A stretch of DNA of 64,000 nucleotides from Candidatus Heimdallarchaeota archaeon (GCA_019057815.1 JAHLWR010000008.1:32001-96000); one strand, 5' to 3'. Shown: positions 18,931 to 30,281, numbered from the stretch's first letter. Made by a program: numbers and translations. Notes: generated by a model not told the origin, from the sequence alone.

Positions 18931-20226
18931 ATGGGTGAAGCTCGAGCACATTGGGATATGTTAAACTTAATTCGCCGAGAGAAATTTGACATTATTCTAC
19001 CAAAAGCTATGAAGGAAAATGGAATCGACATGTGGATTCATGTGATGAGAGAAGGAAATCCTGACCCTCTAGCTATTGATTTGGGGGGACATCTTGGTTA
19101 TTTTATTTTTACTGACCGTGGAGATAACAGAATTGAAAGAGCAGTATTAGGTGGTGATGAGCATACACTCAAGAAGAATGGAGCTTATGATATTTTTGGT
19201 TTAGAAGAAGAGCTAAAACAGTTTGTCTCTGAACGTGACCCCAAGCATATTGCTATCAATATATCAGAATGGATTGCTGTTGCTGATGGTCTTTCGCATA
19301 CAGGATACTTAAAATTGGTCAAGGTTCTTGGTGACAAGTATGCAGAAAGGTTAGTTTCAGCTGAACAACTAATAACTGATTTCCGTACGAGAAGAGTAAC
19401 AAGTGAGATTGTAGTTTATGGAAAACTGTGCGAAACAGCAAGACAGCTTCTTGAAAAAGCTTTATCCAATGCAGTTATCACACCTGGAATAACCTCGTTA
19501 GAGGATATAGCTTGGTGGATGGAAGATCAGCTTCTAGTTAGAGGGATGAGCTCTACATTCGAGCTTTGTACGCCAAATATCATCCATTCAGCTAAATCCA
19601 AAGAGTCAGAATATAGGTCTGACCAATACATAATTCAACGAGGTGATTTGTTGCAGTATGACTATGGTATCAGCTTCATGAACCTAGGTACAGATTTTAA
19701 ACGCGTAGCGTATGTTTTACTAGAAGGAGAAATAGCTGTTCCCTCAAGTTTTCAATATGGTTGGGATCAAGCACTGAAAGCTCGTAAAGTTATCCGCAAA
19801 AACATCAAAATAGGTAAAACCGCGGGAGAAACGCTTAAAATCCTAGGTAAAGCTCTGCAAGAGGAGGATTTTGTATATATTCACCTTACAAAGGATCCTA
19901 TGCATGACGGAGGTCCTAGCTTAGAACCGGATGAACATTATAAATATCCAGGAAAAACAGGTATTTCAATAGATTGCCATTGTGTAGGAAATACTGGTAA
20001 TAGCGAAGTTGCATCTGGTCCCTCGATTGCGGGTTTTCGTCCAGATCGGGCTCATGTTGTAATTAAACCAAATAACCTTTTTGCATTTGAATTCGTCGCT
20101 TATACGCCTGTACCAGAATGGGGAGGAAGGAAAATTCGTTTTAATATCGAAGATGATGCAATTGTCACAGAAAATGGCGTTGAGTGGCTCTATCCTCCAA
20201 ACGAAAAGATTCTATTAATTCATTGA
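18931..20226 (+). CDS. M24 family (Xaa-Pro) aminopeptidase-like protein
   Basis: IQRGDLLQYDYG...TDFKR, HCVG, FEF, IEDD metal-ligand pattern. Confidence 0.85.
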   Translation: MGEARAHWDMLNLIRREKFDIILPKAMKENGIDMWIHVMREGNPDPLAIDLGGHLGYFIFTDRGDNRIERAVLGGDEHTLKKNGAYDIFGLEEELKQFVSERDPKHIAINISEWIAVADGLSHTGYLKLVKVLGDKYAERLVSAEQLITDFRTRRVTSEIVVYGKLCETARQLLEKALSNAVITPGITSLEDIAWWMEDQLLVRGMSSTFELCTPNIIHSAKSKESEYRSDQYIIQRGDLLQYDYGISFMNLGTDFKRVAYVLLEGEIAVPSSFQYGWDQALKARKVIRKNIKIGKTAGETLKILGKALQEEDFVYIHLTKDPMHDGGPSLEPDEHYKYPGKTGISIDCHCVGNTGNSEVASGPSIAGFRPDRAHVVIKPNNLFAFEFVAYTPVPEWGGRKIRFNIEDDAIVTENGVEWLYPPNEKILLIH

Positions 20227-20335
20227 ACTCTGTGAAACTGATTCTCGTGGTTTGGATGATCTATCCATGTGATAATTATGTTAAAAATGGTTTTGGGTTT
20301 GAGGTTACGTTTTTAAACTAACTCGAGATTTTCAG

Positions 20336-21838
20336 ATGAGAGATATTATGGAATTAAATGAAATTCTAGAGAAAATCAAAGCTGATTTCCAAGATATTCA
20401 TCTTAAAGAAATTCAAAGATTCATAAGACAACCTTCAGTTTCTGCTGATGGCAATGGAATTATTGAAACAGCTGAAATGTTAGTTAAGAAAATAGAAAAA
20501 CTTGGAGGAAAAGATGTTCATTTAGCTGATCTATCTGGTGATGATTTTGGTCATCCTTTTGTTTATGGAGAAATCCTTTCTAATGTTTCTAAACCTACTC
20601 TTCTCTTTTACAGTATGTACGATGTTCAACCTGTATTTCCTGAAAATTGGGTCTATGATGATAGGAAAATAGATCCGTTCGGAGCTGAAATTATTGATTT
20701 CGAATGGATACCTGGTTATACAGGAAAATGCCTTATGGGACGCGGAGTCTGTAACCAGAAAGGACCAACAATTGCTTTCTTCAATGTTCTTGATATTTAT
20801 AAGGAACTCTATGGTGAACTTCCTTTCAACATTATCTTTGCTCTCGAAGGTGAAGAAGAATTAGGTTCCACTCATATAGGACCATTCATTGATGAATATA
20901 AAGAAAAACTCAAACGTGCAGAAGTACTACTCTTCCCAGCATTTTGGGAAAATGAAATTGGACGTATAAATATGCCTTTAGGTGTTCGAGGTGTTGTTTC
21001 TTTAAAGCTTAAATGTAAGGGTGGAGAATGGGGAGGACCAACAATTCGAAACCAACACTCTGCAGTGTCAGGAATAATTCAGAGTCCAGTTTTCAAATTG
21101 ATTGAATGTTTAAATGCTTTGAAAAAAGATGAATCTAATGAAATTTTGGTTCCGGGGATAATGGATGATCCTGACATAATAGGTCCTGATGAGGAGGATG
21201 AAGAAGTTATTCAGAACTTCCTAAAAAATCATTCTTTTGAAGAAGAGATGAAAAGAGATGGAAACATCAAAATTTTTCGTATAGATGAAAATGGTCAAGA
21301 GTTGTCAGATAAGGACGCTATCATCGAGATGTTGTTTAAACCAGGAATTTCTATTAATGGAATAGAAGGAGGTTACTACGGAAAGGGGAGTATGACTATA
21401 ATTCCTAAAGAAATTAAAGCTAACCTAGATATACGTTTACCTCCTTTCCAATCAAGAAGTTATGTTATTGAAAAATATAGTAACTTTTTGGACAAGAATT
21501 TTCCGATGGTAGAATATGAATTCGAAAAAGGTGGTTATGAAGCTGGTAAGATTCCCTTTTCCCATCCATTAGCTCAAACAGCTTACAGTATCTATAAAGA
21601 ATTTAATAAAGAAGTGTTAGTTCTTCCTTTACTTGCAGGTTCTGCTCCTTTTGCTCTTTTTCAAAAAAAGTTAGATATTCCCTTTCTTGTCATTGGAATA
21701 GGGCATAGCGGAAGAGCACATTCTCCGTTAGAGTATGCTGTTATTGAATCAAAACAACCTGAAGTCGGAGGTATTATTGATTTTGAGTTGTATTCAGCAA
21801 TGCTGCTAAATAAGCTTAGTAGAGATTTGAAAACCTGA
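20336..21838 (+). CDS. M20 family metallopeptidase (dipeptidase-like)
   Basis: YDVQP, GRGVCNQKG, EGEEELGS, AHSPLE. Confidence 0.9.
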   Translation: MRDIMELNEILEKIKADFQDIHLKEIQRFIRQPSVSADGNGIIETAEMLVKKIEKLGGKDVHLADLSGDDFGHPFVYGEILSNVSKPTLLFYSMYDVQPVFPENWVYDDRKIDPFGAEIIDFEWIPGYTGKCLMGRGVCNQKGPTIAFFNVLDIYKELYGELPFNIIFALEGEEELGSTHIGPFIDEYKEKLKRAEVLLFPAFWENEIGRINMPLGVRGVVSLKLKCKGGEWGGPTIRNQHSAVSGIIQSPVFKLIECLNALKKDESNEILVPGIMDDPDIIGPDEEDEEVIQNFLKNHSFEEEMKRDGNIKIFRIDENGQELSDKDAIIEMLFKPGISINGIEGGYYGKGSMTIIPKEIKANLDIRLPPFQSRSYVIEKYSNFLDKNFPMVEYEFEKGGYEAGKIPFSHPLAQTAYSIYKEFNKEVLVLPLLAGSAPFALFQKKLDIPFLVIGIGHSGRAHSPLEYAVIESKQPEVGGIIDFELYSAMLLNKLSRDLKT

Positions 21839-22327
21839 TATTCATAGCTCAAATCTTTTCACTTTTTCGACAATAAATATAAACTTACATCATATCTTAT
21901 TTAGATGACTTACATGATGAGTAAATGAGGAGAAATCTGTCGGTCGGTTTCTTAATAGCATTACTCGTTTTGAGTTTGCAAAGGAAGTTAACTAATTAAT
22001 TCTTCGATTATAGATTTTTTTCCTTTTTTACTATTGTATAACAAAAAATACCTTGATTGGAGAATAATTATCTTTAGCTTTTATGTCATTAAAATAAGTT
22101 GAAATTATTTATTTTCTTTTAATCACAAATTATTCCTTTTAACTCGAAAGCAAGAATAAAATGAAGAATTACAGTTGTTATAAGAATTTTGAAGGCTTTT
22201 TAGCAGATAAAATACAAAAAGAAATAGAATCTGAAGGAATTGCAAAGGAAAAAGTTAAACGATACTTTTTACATGTTTTTGGTGGAAGCTTAAAATGATA
22301 ATGAGTAAAACGATGCAAACTAAATTT

Positions 22328-23722
22328 TCATAGAGAATTAACTTTAATTAGAAGACCAGGGTCATCTAGTACAAAAATCGTAGCTTCAGAGTTATTTTCC
22401 AATACTCGTTTTACTTCCCTTCTAAGGGCTTTGATCGGACTCTCAGAAGCTTCTTTTATTGGTACAATTCGATTGATAATCAGTTTTTGGCTGTCCATAT
22501 CTGAGATCATCATTATATTGCCATCTCCAATCTTCTTTAAAACTCGCAAAATCTCGACTGGGTTTTGATTACCTATATCAAACGTTTTTTCACTGCAGTA
22601 ATTATCTAAGACGTAATCCAAAGCTTTTTGCGTCGACATGTCTTTACATTCATCCATGATCTTTTCATAATTCTTATTTCCTATCTGTTCTGGACATGGA
22701 GATAAAACGATTATTTGTCCCTCTCCATCTTCTTTGACACCATATGATGCTGCACAAATTCCCTTACCAGTTTGATATAAGTTAATACCCCAGTTTTTCA
22801 ATCCAGTGATGATTAAATCTGCAGGTCTGGGTACTTTTACCGTTCTCATATTTATTATCTGTTCTACTGCTTCTTCATGTAGTTTTACAATATCTCCTGC
22901 ATTTAGGTAAACTATCTCTCCATCTGTTACAATGGCATCAATACCAAAAATATGAACTTGCTCTTTTACAATCTCTACAATGTTCTTTATATCTTGAATA
23001 ACAGGATTGTTTTCAACATTTCCTAGCTTGCATTCAGGAACAAATCCAAACTCTCTATGAAACATTTGCGTGTGATTGATTTTAACAGTTTTTCTACTTG
23101 CTAATCCTGGGCAAATATGTTTGATTGTACCAGCCATTCCAGCAAAATAGTGTAACTCACTATCTGTAAGTGGAATCAGCATAGAGCAACTTTGTACCCA
23201 CTTGTTCAAAAGTATAGGAGTTCCTACTGTACTTTTTCCATATTCAATCATCTCTGAATTATCACAATCATGAGAAACAATGTTATCTTTGAGCAGATCA
23301 GCCATTTTTTCTCCAATAATATTCGAATATTCCTCCTTTCTTGAAATTCTGTGAGTACCTGTTGCAATAAGAATTTTGATATCTTCCTTTCTTAAACCCA
23401 GAGAGAGTAATTTCTTGACTAGAATTGGAATTATCCTTTTAGTGTGAATGTTTGGTCTTGTACTGTCATCCACAGTTATAACAATAGGTTTTCCTCTTTG
23501 AAAAACATCTCTAACTATTGAATCGAAGGATTGATTGTAACCTAGAGGATTTTGAAATGCTTTTTCTAAAGCTTCTTCTGTTGTTCCCTCGTATTGTTTT
23601 TTTTTGGAAAAAACAGGCGATTTGATGACGGTTACTTGCTTTTCTACATATTTAGGAATGAAATTGTCGATTGTTTCTGTTCCCCAACTAATTGGAGTAG
23701 ACAAGTAATCAGAATTCATCAA
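22328..23722 (-). CDS. LarA (nickel-pincer lactate racemase) family protein
   Basis: DDSTRP, ATGTHR, SHD, HYFAG..G..K.I.PG, NLYQTGKG. Confidence 0.88.
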   Translation of the reverse strand: MMNSDYLSTPISWGTETIDNFIPKYVEKQVTVIKSPVFSKKKQYEGTTEEALEKAFQNPLGYNQSFDSIVRDVFQRGKPIVITVDDSTRPNIHTKRIIPILVKKLLSLGLRKEDIKILIATGTHRISRKEEYSNIIGEKMADLLKDNIVSHDCDNSEMIEYGKSTVGTPILLNKWVQSCSMLIPLTDSELHYFAGMAGTIKHICPGLASRKTVKINHTQMFHREFGFVPECKLGNVENNPVIQDIKNIVEIVKEQVHIFGIDAIVTDGEIVYLNAGDIVKLHEEAVEQIINMRTVKVPRPADLIITGLKNWGINLYQTGKGICAASYGVKEDGEGQIIVLSPCPEQIGNKNYEKIMDECKDMSTQKALDYVLDNYCSEKTFDIGNQNPVEILRVLKKIGDGNIMMISDMDSQKLIINRIVPIKEASESPIKALRREVKRVLENNSEATIFVLDDPGLLIKVNSL

Positions 23723-23908
23723 GTAGATTTATTGACTCTATTAATTAAATATTGCTCTGAATTGAATGATTTTTTCTAAATAATGTACAGCAATTTCCTT
23801 AGCTTCTATAGAGACAAATAGTAGTAAAGGTATTTTTGATTCTGATTATCAAGAAAATTTAACATATCTGGTAGAAAATCTTTAAATTAGAATAATGCAA
23901 GTGTTTCT

Positions 23909-24325
23909 GTGAAACAGTTTTCTGAAAAACAATACAATATTTTACTTATTATAATAGCTGCAATAATTGTCGTAGTAGGAAATGTTGTAACCTTTTGGAT
24001 ATTTATCTCAATAGGAACATCAGATTATGTTGTATATTTGGGATGCTTTTTATCAGCGTTTGTTGCAGGTATAGTAGTATCACTTCTATATAAAGGCAAG
24101 TTATTCACTAAATGGATTATTCTAAGTACGATTCTTATTTTAGTTGTTCTATTCCTTATTATGATAATATTTGCGTTTTCCGTAGATGACCAACCCATAT
24201 ATTTCTTAAAAGATTCAATCGATATTTTCGGGTTTATTTTTGCAATTGATGCCTTGATTTATAGTTCAACATTTTTCGCAACATACTATTTAAAGCATAT
24301 AATCATCAAAAAACTAAATGAGTAA
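23909..24325 (+). CDS. Hypothetical membrane protein (about 4 TM)
   Basis: Four hydrophobic segments. Confidence 0.7.
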   Translation: MKQFSEKQYNILLIIIAAIIVVVGNVVTFWIFISIGTSDYVVYLGCFLSAFVAGIVVSLLYKGKLFTKWIILSTILILVVLFLIMIIFAFSVDDQPIYFLKDSIDIFGFIFAIDALIYSSTFFATYYLKHIIIKKLNE

Positions 24326-24374
24326 TGTATATTATTTTCATGGACAAATTTAGATTAAATCAACAAAAAGGAAA

Positions 24375-25040
24375 CTATTTTTTACCTTTCCTATAACCTC
24401 TAACTAAAAATATGCAAAATAATGAAAATATTGCCAAGGGATAATTGAAGGGTAGAGAACTTTTACTAGTGTAGATAGTCACAGTGTTAAAAGAGATATC
24501 CATATTTGGAAAACCTATATAAGTAATTTTAATCTCATTTTCAGTTATTTCTATGAGTGATTTACTATGTTCTATACCTGCTACATTACCATAAACCCAA
24601 ATCTTGTACCTCCCTTCTGGAAGCTTGGTCAGATTCTGTTGATTAATTCCAAGCAGGAAATTAGTCGTTCCATTTGTTATTCCAGATTCTATGGTGACAT
24701 CTCTCTCCGCAGGTAACTCATAATACGATAATGGTACTATTTGCAATGATGAATTGTCAAAATCTGCAGACATATTTCCCAAGAAGTGACGAAGCCAACA
24801 ATGGAATGTAATGACAATATCACTTGAGTTAGGATTTAATTTTTTAAAACCAATATCAAACCAAAAATACGAGTAACTAGAATTTGAATCAACATAATAA
24901 TAAGGACACCAAGAGACATCGGTAACTTTTGTGTAAACAAGACTATTATTTTCAAAGTTAGCTGGAACTTCTAGACTTAAGGATACTAAAAGACTTAAAA
25001 TAATAACACAAACAAATGTTTTCTTGAAATAGAAATCCAT
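24375..25040 (-). CDS. Secreted/surface protein with C-terminal membrane anchor
   Basis: Signal peptide, beta-rich body, C-terminal hydrophobic helix with basic tail. Confidence 0.7.
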   Translation of the reverse strand: MDFYFKKTFVCVIILSLLVSLSLEVPANFENNSLVYTKVTDVSWCPYYYVDSNSSYSYFWFDIGFKKLNPNSSDIVITFHCWLRHFLGNMSADFDNSSLQIVPLSYYELPAERDVTIESGITNGTTNFLLGINQQNLTKLPEGRYKIWVYGNVAGIEHSKSLIEITENEIKITYIGFPNMDISFNTVTIYTSKSSLPFNYPLAIFSLFCIFLVRGYRKGKK

Positions 25041-25188
25041 TTGACTTAGAATAATTTAAACATTAATAAAATTTACTTCAAAAGATATAGTCGTTATGTA
25101 CAAATCATTTACATACACATCAATGTAATCTAAGTTAGATACATCTTTTGCATAGATTTATTAACGTTCGAGAATCCTAATTTGACAT

Positions 25189-27548
25189 ATGTGGGACAGA
25201 TTCAGTAAACCAAGATTTACCAAACATGCAATCATCATATTTCTTGTGATATTTTTTACTCCTTCTCTTATAATCCCCACCAATGTAGTCACTAATAATC
25301 CTTCGACAAATGAAATAATATTAAATCTAACTAAAACAATCAATCTAGAATTATCTACACCTACGGAACTAGAAAGTTTCTTAGATTCTATAATCCCCGA
25401 ACAGCTGACAAACTATTCCATAGCTGGTGCTACTTTTTCTATGGTTAAAGATGGTTCCATATTTTTTGAGAAAGGATATGGTTATGCTAATTCTGTATAT
25501 AAGTCTCCAGTTGTAGCAAATGAGACTCTTTTCAGGATTGGCTCAATTTCGAAGACATTTACTTCGATTGCAGTTTTACAATTAGTAGAAAAGGGATTAC
25601 TAGATTTAGATACAGATATCAATAGCTATCTTTCTGCATTCAAAATACCGGAAACGTATGAAGAATCTATAACTCTTAGACATTTACTAACTCATACAGC
25701 TGGTTTTGAAAGAGCGGTTTTTACAGTAATTCATGCTTATGGTCATTTAATTGAACCTTTAGAAGATTTATTAGCAGAAGGCATGCCAGATAGAGTCTGA
25801 CTACCTGGTGTAATTTCATCATACTCCAACTACGCACGTTATGATACTTGGTTAAAATTGCCAGAGGCTTTCTAACCGTCGTTTGAAGGGGGTTTCACCC
25901 TTGACCCCTCACGTGCGTTGAGGGGTAGTCACGAAGACTTTTCCATTATAGTTAGTGTATCATCACCACGGAGCTAGCTAGGCTCCCTATTTCATAGATA
26001 GTTAACTGAGGGACAACCACTTGTGTAGTTGCGAAACAGAAAAGTGACGATGATCACACTCTCTCTATCTCTGTATTTTTAGATTCATATATAAACCCGT
26101 AGAAAAAAAAGATTTCATTTTTACTCTTCTTCTACATCGTCATTTATGTAGTTAGAACGCGATGGCAGATTTAGCCAACTTTTCTGCACTCAGTGGACGA
26201 CGGTTTCGCTTTAGCAGGTTATATCGTGCAAGAAGTTTCAGGGAAAGATTTTGAACAATACGTGAGTGATGAAATACTAGCTCCTTTAGGAATGAATTCA
26301 AGCACTTTTTTACAACCTCTCCCAAGCAACCTCAATTCGCAAATGTCTTATGGTCATGATGAAAATAATGTTCCAGGTTTTTTTGAATATATCAGCATCC
26401 CCCCTGCTGGATCAGCTAGCTCTACAGCTTCAGATATGGCTAAATTTATGATTACATTATTAAACAATTGTAGTTATAATGGGAACAAAATCCTGGAGAA
26501 CACTTCAGTAGAAATGATGTTAAGTAACCAATTTCTAACTCATGAAAATCTTGCAGGGATTGGTTTAGGTGTTTATGAATTTGATGTGAGTAATCAACGA
26601 ATAATGGGACATGGTGGTGACACTCACTTCTTTCACAGTCGTATGATGCTGTTTCCTGAACTTAACATAGGTATTTTTGCTTCTTACAATAGTGTAGGTG
26701 GATCTATAGCTAGAACTGAACTTTTTAATGAATTTATAGAAGAATATTATCCTTTTTCCAAAGTGGACATAGAACCACTACAAGGATACAAAGGAAGATC
26801 TCGTAGGTTCACTGGGTTTTATGTCTCATCTAGAAGAATCTATTCCGATAAACCCACAGTTGCTGAAAGAGATTATATTGATGAGAGTTTTACTATAACC
26901 ACAAAAAATGGACATCTAATCTATAATGGCTTTCCTGATTTAGAATTTGTAGAAATTGAGCCAAATTACTTTGTGGAATCTACAGGTGAGTATTATCTTG
27001 AAATTGCTTTTATACAAGATAATAAAGGAAGAATAACCCATTTCTACACTAATTTCATAGGATCTCATTATGCTTTTGAAAAAGCTCATTCGCTCTATTT
27101 CGGATCTGAACTTCAATCAGGATTCATAGCTTCAGTTTTAGCATTAACTTTTATTTCATTAGCCTATTGGGGAATTAAAGGTTTAATTGGAGTTTTCAAG
27201 AAGAAAGAGAAAAATCCAAAAATCCAGAAGATAGCGAGATGGAGTTTTCTAGTTAATTTCATTCTTGCTGCAGTAATAGCTATAATGACTACTTTAAAAA
27301 TAAATAAAGATATTCTGCTTGAAATTGATACTGTCGAAGTTTTCAATGGACTACTTGTTTTTCCATTTTTGTATCTTTTAACTGTAATGGTTCTAATAGT
27401 TTTTACATGGTTTGCATGGACTGGAGTGAAAAACATAGAAGAAAAACCTTACTGGAAATTATCTGGGAGAATACACTACTCAATTCTTGTTCTACTCTCC
27501 ATTATTATGATTGGCATATTTGCATCGTGGCATTTCTATTTATTTTAA
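25189..27548 (+). pseudogene. Membrane-anchored serine hydrolase (beta-lactamase-like), disrupted by an in-frame TGA and a 368-bp insertion
   Basis: 5' part has RIGSISK (SxxK) and LRHLLTHTAG. The frame continues past TGA 25798-25800 as LPGVISSYSNY and resumes at 26202 as GFALAGYIVQEVSG...HGGD with C-terminal TMs. Removing the insertion restores YSNYGFALAG. Confidence 0.9.
25832..26199. mobile_element. Non-autonomous 368-bp insertion element with 3-bp core duplication (ACG), hairpin-rich
   Basis: Precisely interrupts the YSNY/GFAL codons; ACG at 25832-25834 and 26200-26202; higher GC than its surroundings; stems such as ACCCCTCA/TGAGGGGT (25904-25926). Confidence 0.8.
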
Positions 27549-27720
27549 GGAGAAAGATTATAGAAGCAATGAATGATCAACATTTTTCTGCAAGAGAGAA
27601 AGCAGCTAAAGGGTTAGGGAAGATAGGAGATAAACGAGTATTGAACCATTAATAAAGGAATTACTAGGTGAACAACGTACTGATAATAATATGAAGAAAA
27701 CAGTTGCTAGTTCTTGAACA
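27549..27720 (+). pseudogene. HEAT/PBS-lyase repeat gene remnant
   Basis: IIEAMNDQHFSAREKAAKGLGKIGDKRV, then a frameshifted EPLIKELL; no start codon context. Confidence 0.55.
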
Positions 27721-28033
27721 TCTAATTGTTCATCCAATATTTGAGTTTGAATTTGTATTTTATCCATATGTTTAATTCTATTTTCTGAATATTCAATTAT
27801 TTTGATGAAATTAGCATAAATTAATGAATTCATGGTTATCTTAGAAATCGTCTAGAAGAAGTTATTAGTACTCAGATTAGAACCAATATTGCTCATTTTC
27901 TATAGGTGTTAGTTTGCTTCATTCTTTCAAAAACATAGTCACAGTCACATTCCATTTAATCATAGCTAACTAACACCTCTTAATTCGAAGATTGAATTAA
28001 TGCTTCTGAGATCCTTTTCCTATGTACATTTAT

Positions 28034-28921
28034 TTAGTTTGACAAGATTCTATAATTTCCACTATTTGACTCCCATGTTTTAATGGAATTGTACAAATTA
28101 GTTTGTTTAAAATATTGGATCTCATATGCTAGTCTTAAATATGCAATTAAATCATCATTTTCTAACTTCGTATAGTGAACATTTCTTTTTACTCTAAATA
28201 TGTGTTTACCGAAAATTTCATGATAGCCTATAAGAAGTATTTCAATTAAATCATGTCCATTACAGACATCCCAGGGATCAGATATTTGTTTCTCAGATTT
28301 CTGAATTTCCGAACAGATTTGTGAGTAAGATACTTGAATATTAGTAGAATTTGAAATCACAGAGCTTACCAAATCTTGAATTTTGATTTCAAGCGTTTTT
28401 TTGCTGATAAACTTGCGGAATTTCAATCCTTGAATCTTTAAGAACCAAGCTTTTTTTATTGATAAATATCGAATGTATCCAACGTATCTCGCTGAATTAG
28501 TTATAATTTCTCTAATATTTCTTGTCCCCAAAAATTTTTGAAGTTTAGTTCTATCAGTTTTTTCTGTTAATAATTTTTCAAGAGCGGGTGATTTTAACAT
28601 AAGGGATTCAAAGTCGCAAGTATCTGTTCTTAGAAGATTAGCGCTATTAAATGTAAAACCTAGTAAATAATCTAAATCAGCATCAACTATTGCTAAAGTA
28701 CCTTTAAAATCCCTTTTTCCGAGAATTCTGGTTGTTTTTATTACATTATCTTTACCCCTAATAGATTCAACGTTACATAATGTTGAATCTATGAATTTTT
28801 CAAAAAACCGATAGTCTGTATCACCTTCAACTATTAAGAAACTTCCTTTGAAAGAAGATCTTAACATCATGATTTTATTAGCTAGGATGCTTGGAGAGCT
28901 ATTCATTGCAGGATGTGTCAT
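28034..28921 (-). CDS. DUF4435/TOPRIM-like nuclease (PARIS AriB-like)
   Basis: FLIVEGDTD, IVDADLD, DFESLM, CNGHDL; overlaps the 3' end of the upstream ATPase. Confidence 0.8.
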   Translation of the reverse strand: MTHPAMNSSPSILANKIMMLRSSFKGSFLIVEGDTDYRFFEKFIDSTLCNVESIRGKDNVIKTTRILGKRDFKGTLAIVDADLDYLLGFTFNSANLLRTDTCDFESLMLKSPALEKLLTEKTDRTKLQKFLGTRNIREIITNSARYVGYIRYLSIKKAWFLKIQGLKFRKFISKKTLEIKIQDLVSSVISNSTNIQVSYSQICSEIQKSEKQISDPWDVCNGHDLIEILLIGYHEIFGKHIFRVKRNVHYTKLENDDLIAYLRLAYEIQYFKQTNLYNSIKTWESNSGNYRILSN

Positions 28922-30281
28922 CAGGACCCTCCAAACACACAGTTAAATCCCATTTATCATTGATAATCTGAGGGGAATGAGTAGCTATAAGAAATTCCAT
29001 GTTATTAACTTCAGATATTTTAAAAAGATTATCTAGAAAATCTTGTTGCCAAGCAACATGAAGAGATAATTCTGGTTCATCAATAAGAATTAAAGAATCA
29101 GGTTTTGTCTCAAATAGAAGTTCATAGAAAACAACAAGCATATGTTTTTCACCTGAGGAGATATCTGATACATCAAGTTTCATATCTTCGTTTGTTGTAA
29201 GAATAAAACCTTCATTCTTATCAATTTTCAGTTTTTTGTATTTAAATCGCTTATTTATTATTTCAGTAAGCAATCCTATTCGGTTATATAATTCATCAAA
29301 GATTCCTAATTTCCGTTCTGTATCTTCTATATGCAATAAAAGTACATATTTTATTCGGTCATCGGTTGAGATTTCTCCTGATTTAATAGGTACAAGTTGA
29401 TGTTCTTGCTCTGCATCTAATATCCCCACATTTATTAGATTCAATCTCTGTTTTTCAAGTGCAGACATCTTGCTTACTAAACTTTCAATATCAATCTCAT
29501 TTCTTTCTCCCTTTTCCAAATAATCTATGAGTCTTCTAGGATATGTTCTGTCTAATGATTCAAATATCGTTGTGGATTCACTTCTCAAGTTTTTAATTTT
29601 TTGTGCAACTTCATTTGAATAATTCACCACTGCTTCTGATATCTTTTCTTCCGAATCTTCATCATCAAGTGTAAAAGATATTAATCTTTGTGTTTGAATA
29701 AATCTAACAGATATCTCTGATGTTAGCTCATGAAACCATTTAATCTCATCAGGTTTTGTTCTATCAAAAAAGAAATCTCTATCAGGTTGAATGCGACCGT
29801 AGCGACCATAATGTCTTTTACTTGATAAATCCCGTCTTCTTCTTATATAATCTCGTCTTCTACTGTATTCTATATGTTTAAAAGTTTCATATGTTAGAAA
29901 TTTTCCATAAAGATCTAGTAGTCTATCTTGTGCGTCTAATCTCTCAATTTTTCCATCAACACAGTAGTATGAACCCAAAACTCCTTTCGCAGAATTAGTA
30001 CCAGTTAATTCTATTTCAATAGCATCTAAATTTTTCTTTTTTTTAATTGTTTTTTTTGTAAAAATTAATTTGTTATCCTCAGAAAATTCAAGTGTTATCG
30101 TTTTAAAAGGGATGAAAACAAGTTCTTCATAGTTCTTATTAAAAATACTATCTAAAATTTTTAGAATTGTTGTTTTTCCATATCCATTTAATCCGTGAAT
30201 AATAGTAATTTTATCTTTCATTTCAATTTTATGATTGAAATAACCAAACAAACTATCAATATGAATACTTTTAATTCGCAT
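28899..30281 (-). CDS. ABC/AAA ATPase (AAA_15/21, PARIS AriA-like)
   Basis: Walker A GLNGYGKT, signature ISSGEK, Walker B LILIDEPE, H-loop ATHSPQ. Confidence 0.9.
   Translation of the reverse strand: MRIKSIHIDSLFGYFNHKIEMKDKITIIHGLNGYGKTTILKILDSIFNKNYEELVFIPFKTITLEFSEDNKLIFTKKTIKKKKNLDAIEIELTGTNSAKGVLGSYYCVDGKIERLDAQDRLLDLYGKFLTYETFKHIEYSRRRDYIRRRRDLSSKRHYGRYGRIQPDRDFFFDRTKPDEIKWFHELTSEISVRFIQTQRLISFTLDDEDSEEKISEAVVNYSNEVAQKIKNLRSESTTIFESLDRTYPRRLIDYLEKGERNEIDIESLVSKMSALEKQRLNLINVGILDAEQEHQLVPIKSGEISTDDRIKYVLLLHIEDTERKLGIFDELYNRIGLLTEIINKRFKYKKLKIDKNEGFILTTNEDMKLDVSDISSGEKHMLVVFYELLFETKPDSLILIDEPELSLHVAWQQDFLDNLFKISEVNNMEFLIATHSPQIINDKWDLTVCLEGPDDTSCNE

Noticed and set aside
22161-22298. 45-aa ORF in the long intergenic region after the M20 peptidase
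   Set aside because: Too short and no motif I can support; it may be gene debris.
25798-25800. In-frame TGA as selenocysteine or recoding
   Set aside because: The position is not a catalytic Cys site, a single transition from CGA or TGG explains it, and the gene is also broken by an insertion whose length is not a multiple of 3.
25832-26199. Insertion as a canonical group I, group II or BHB intron
   Set aside because: A U|...G boundary is possible, but I could not find a P1 U-G pairing, P7 core, 5' GUGYG, domain V or a proper bulge-helix-bulge. Not called; an Rfam scan is still advisable.
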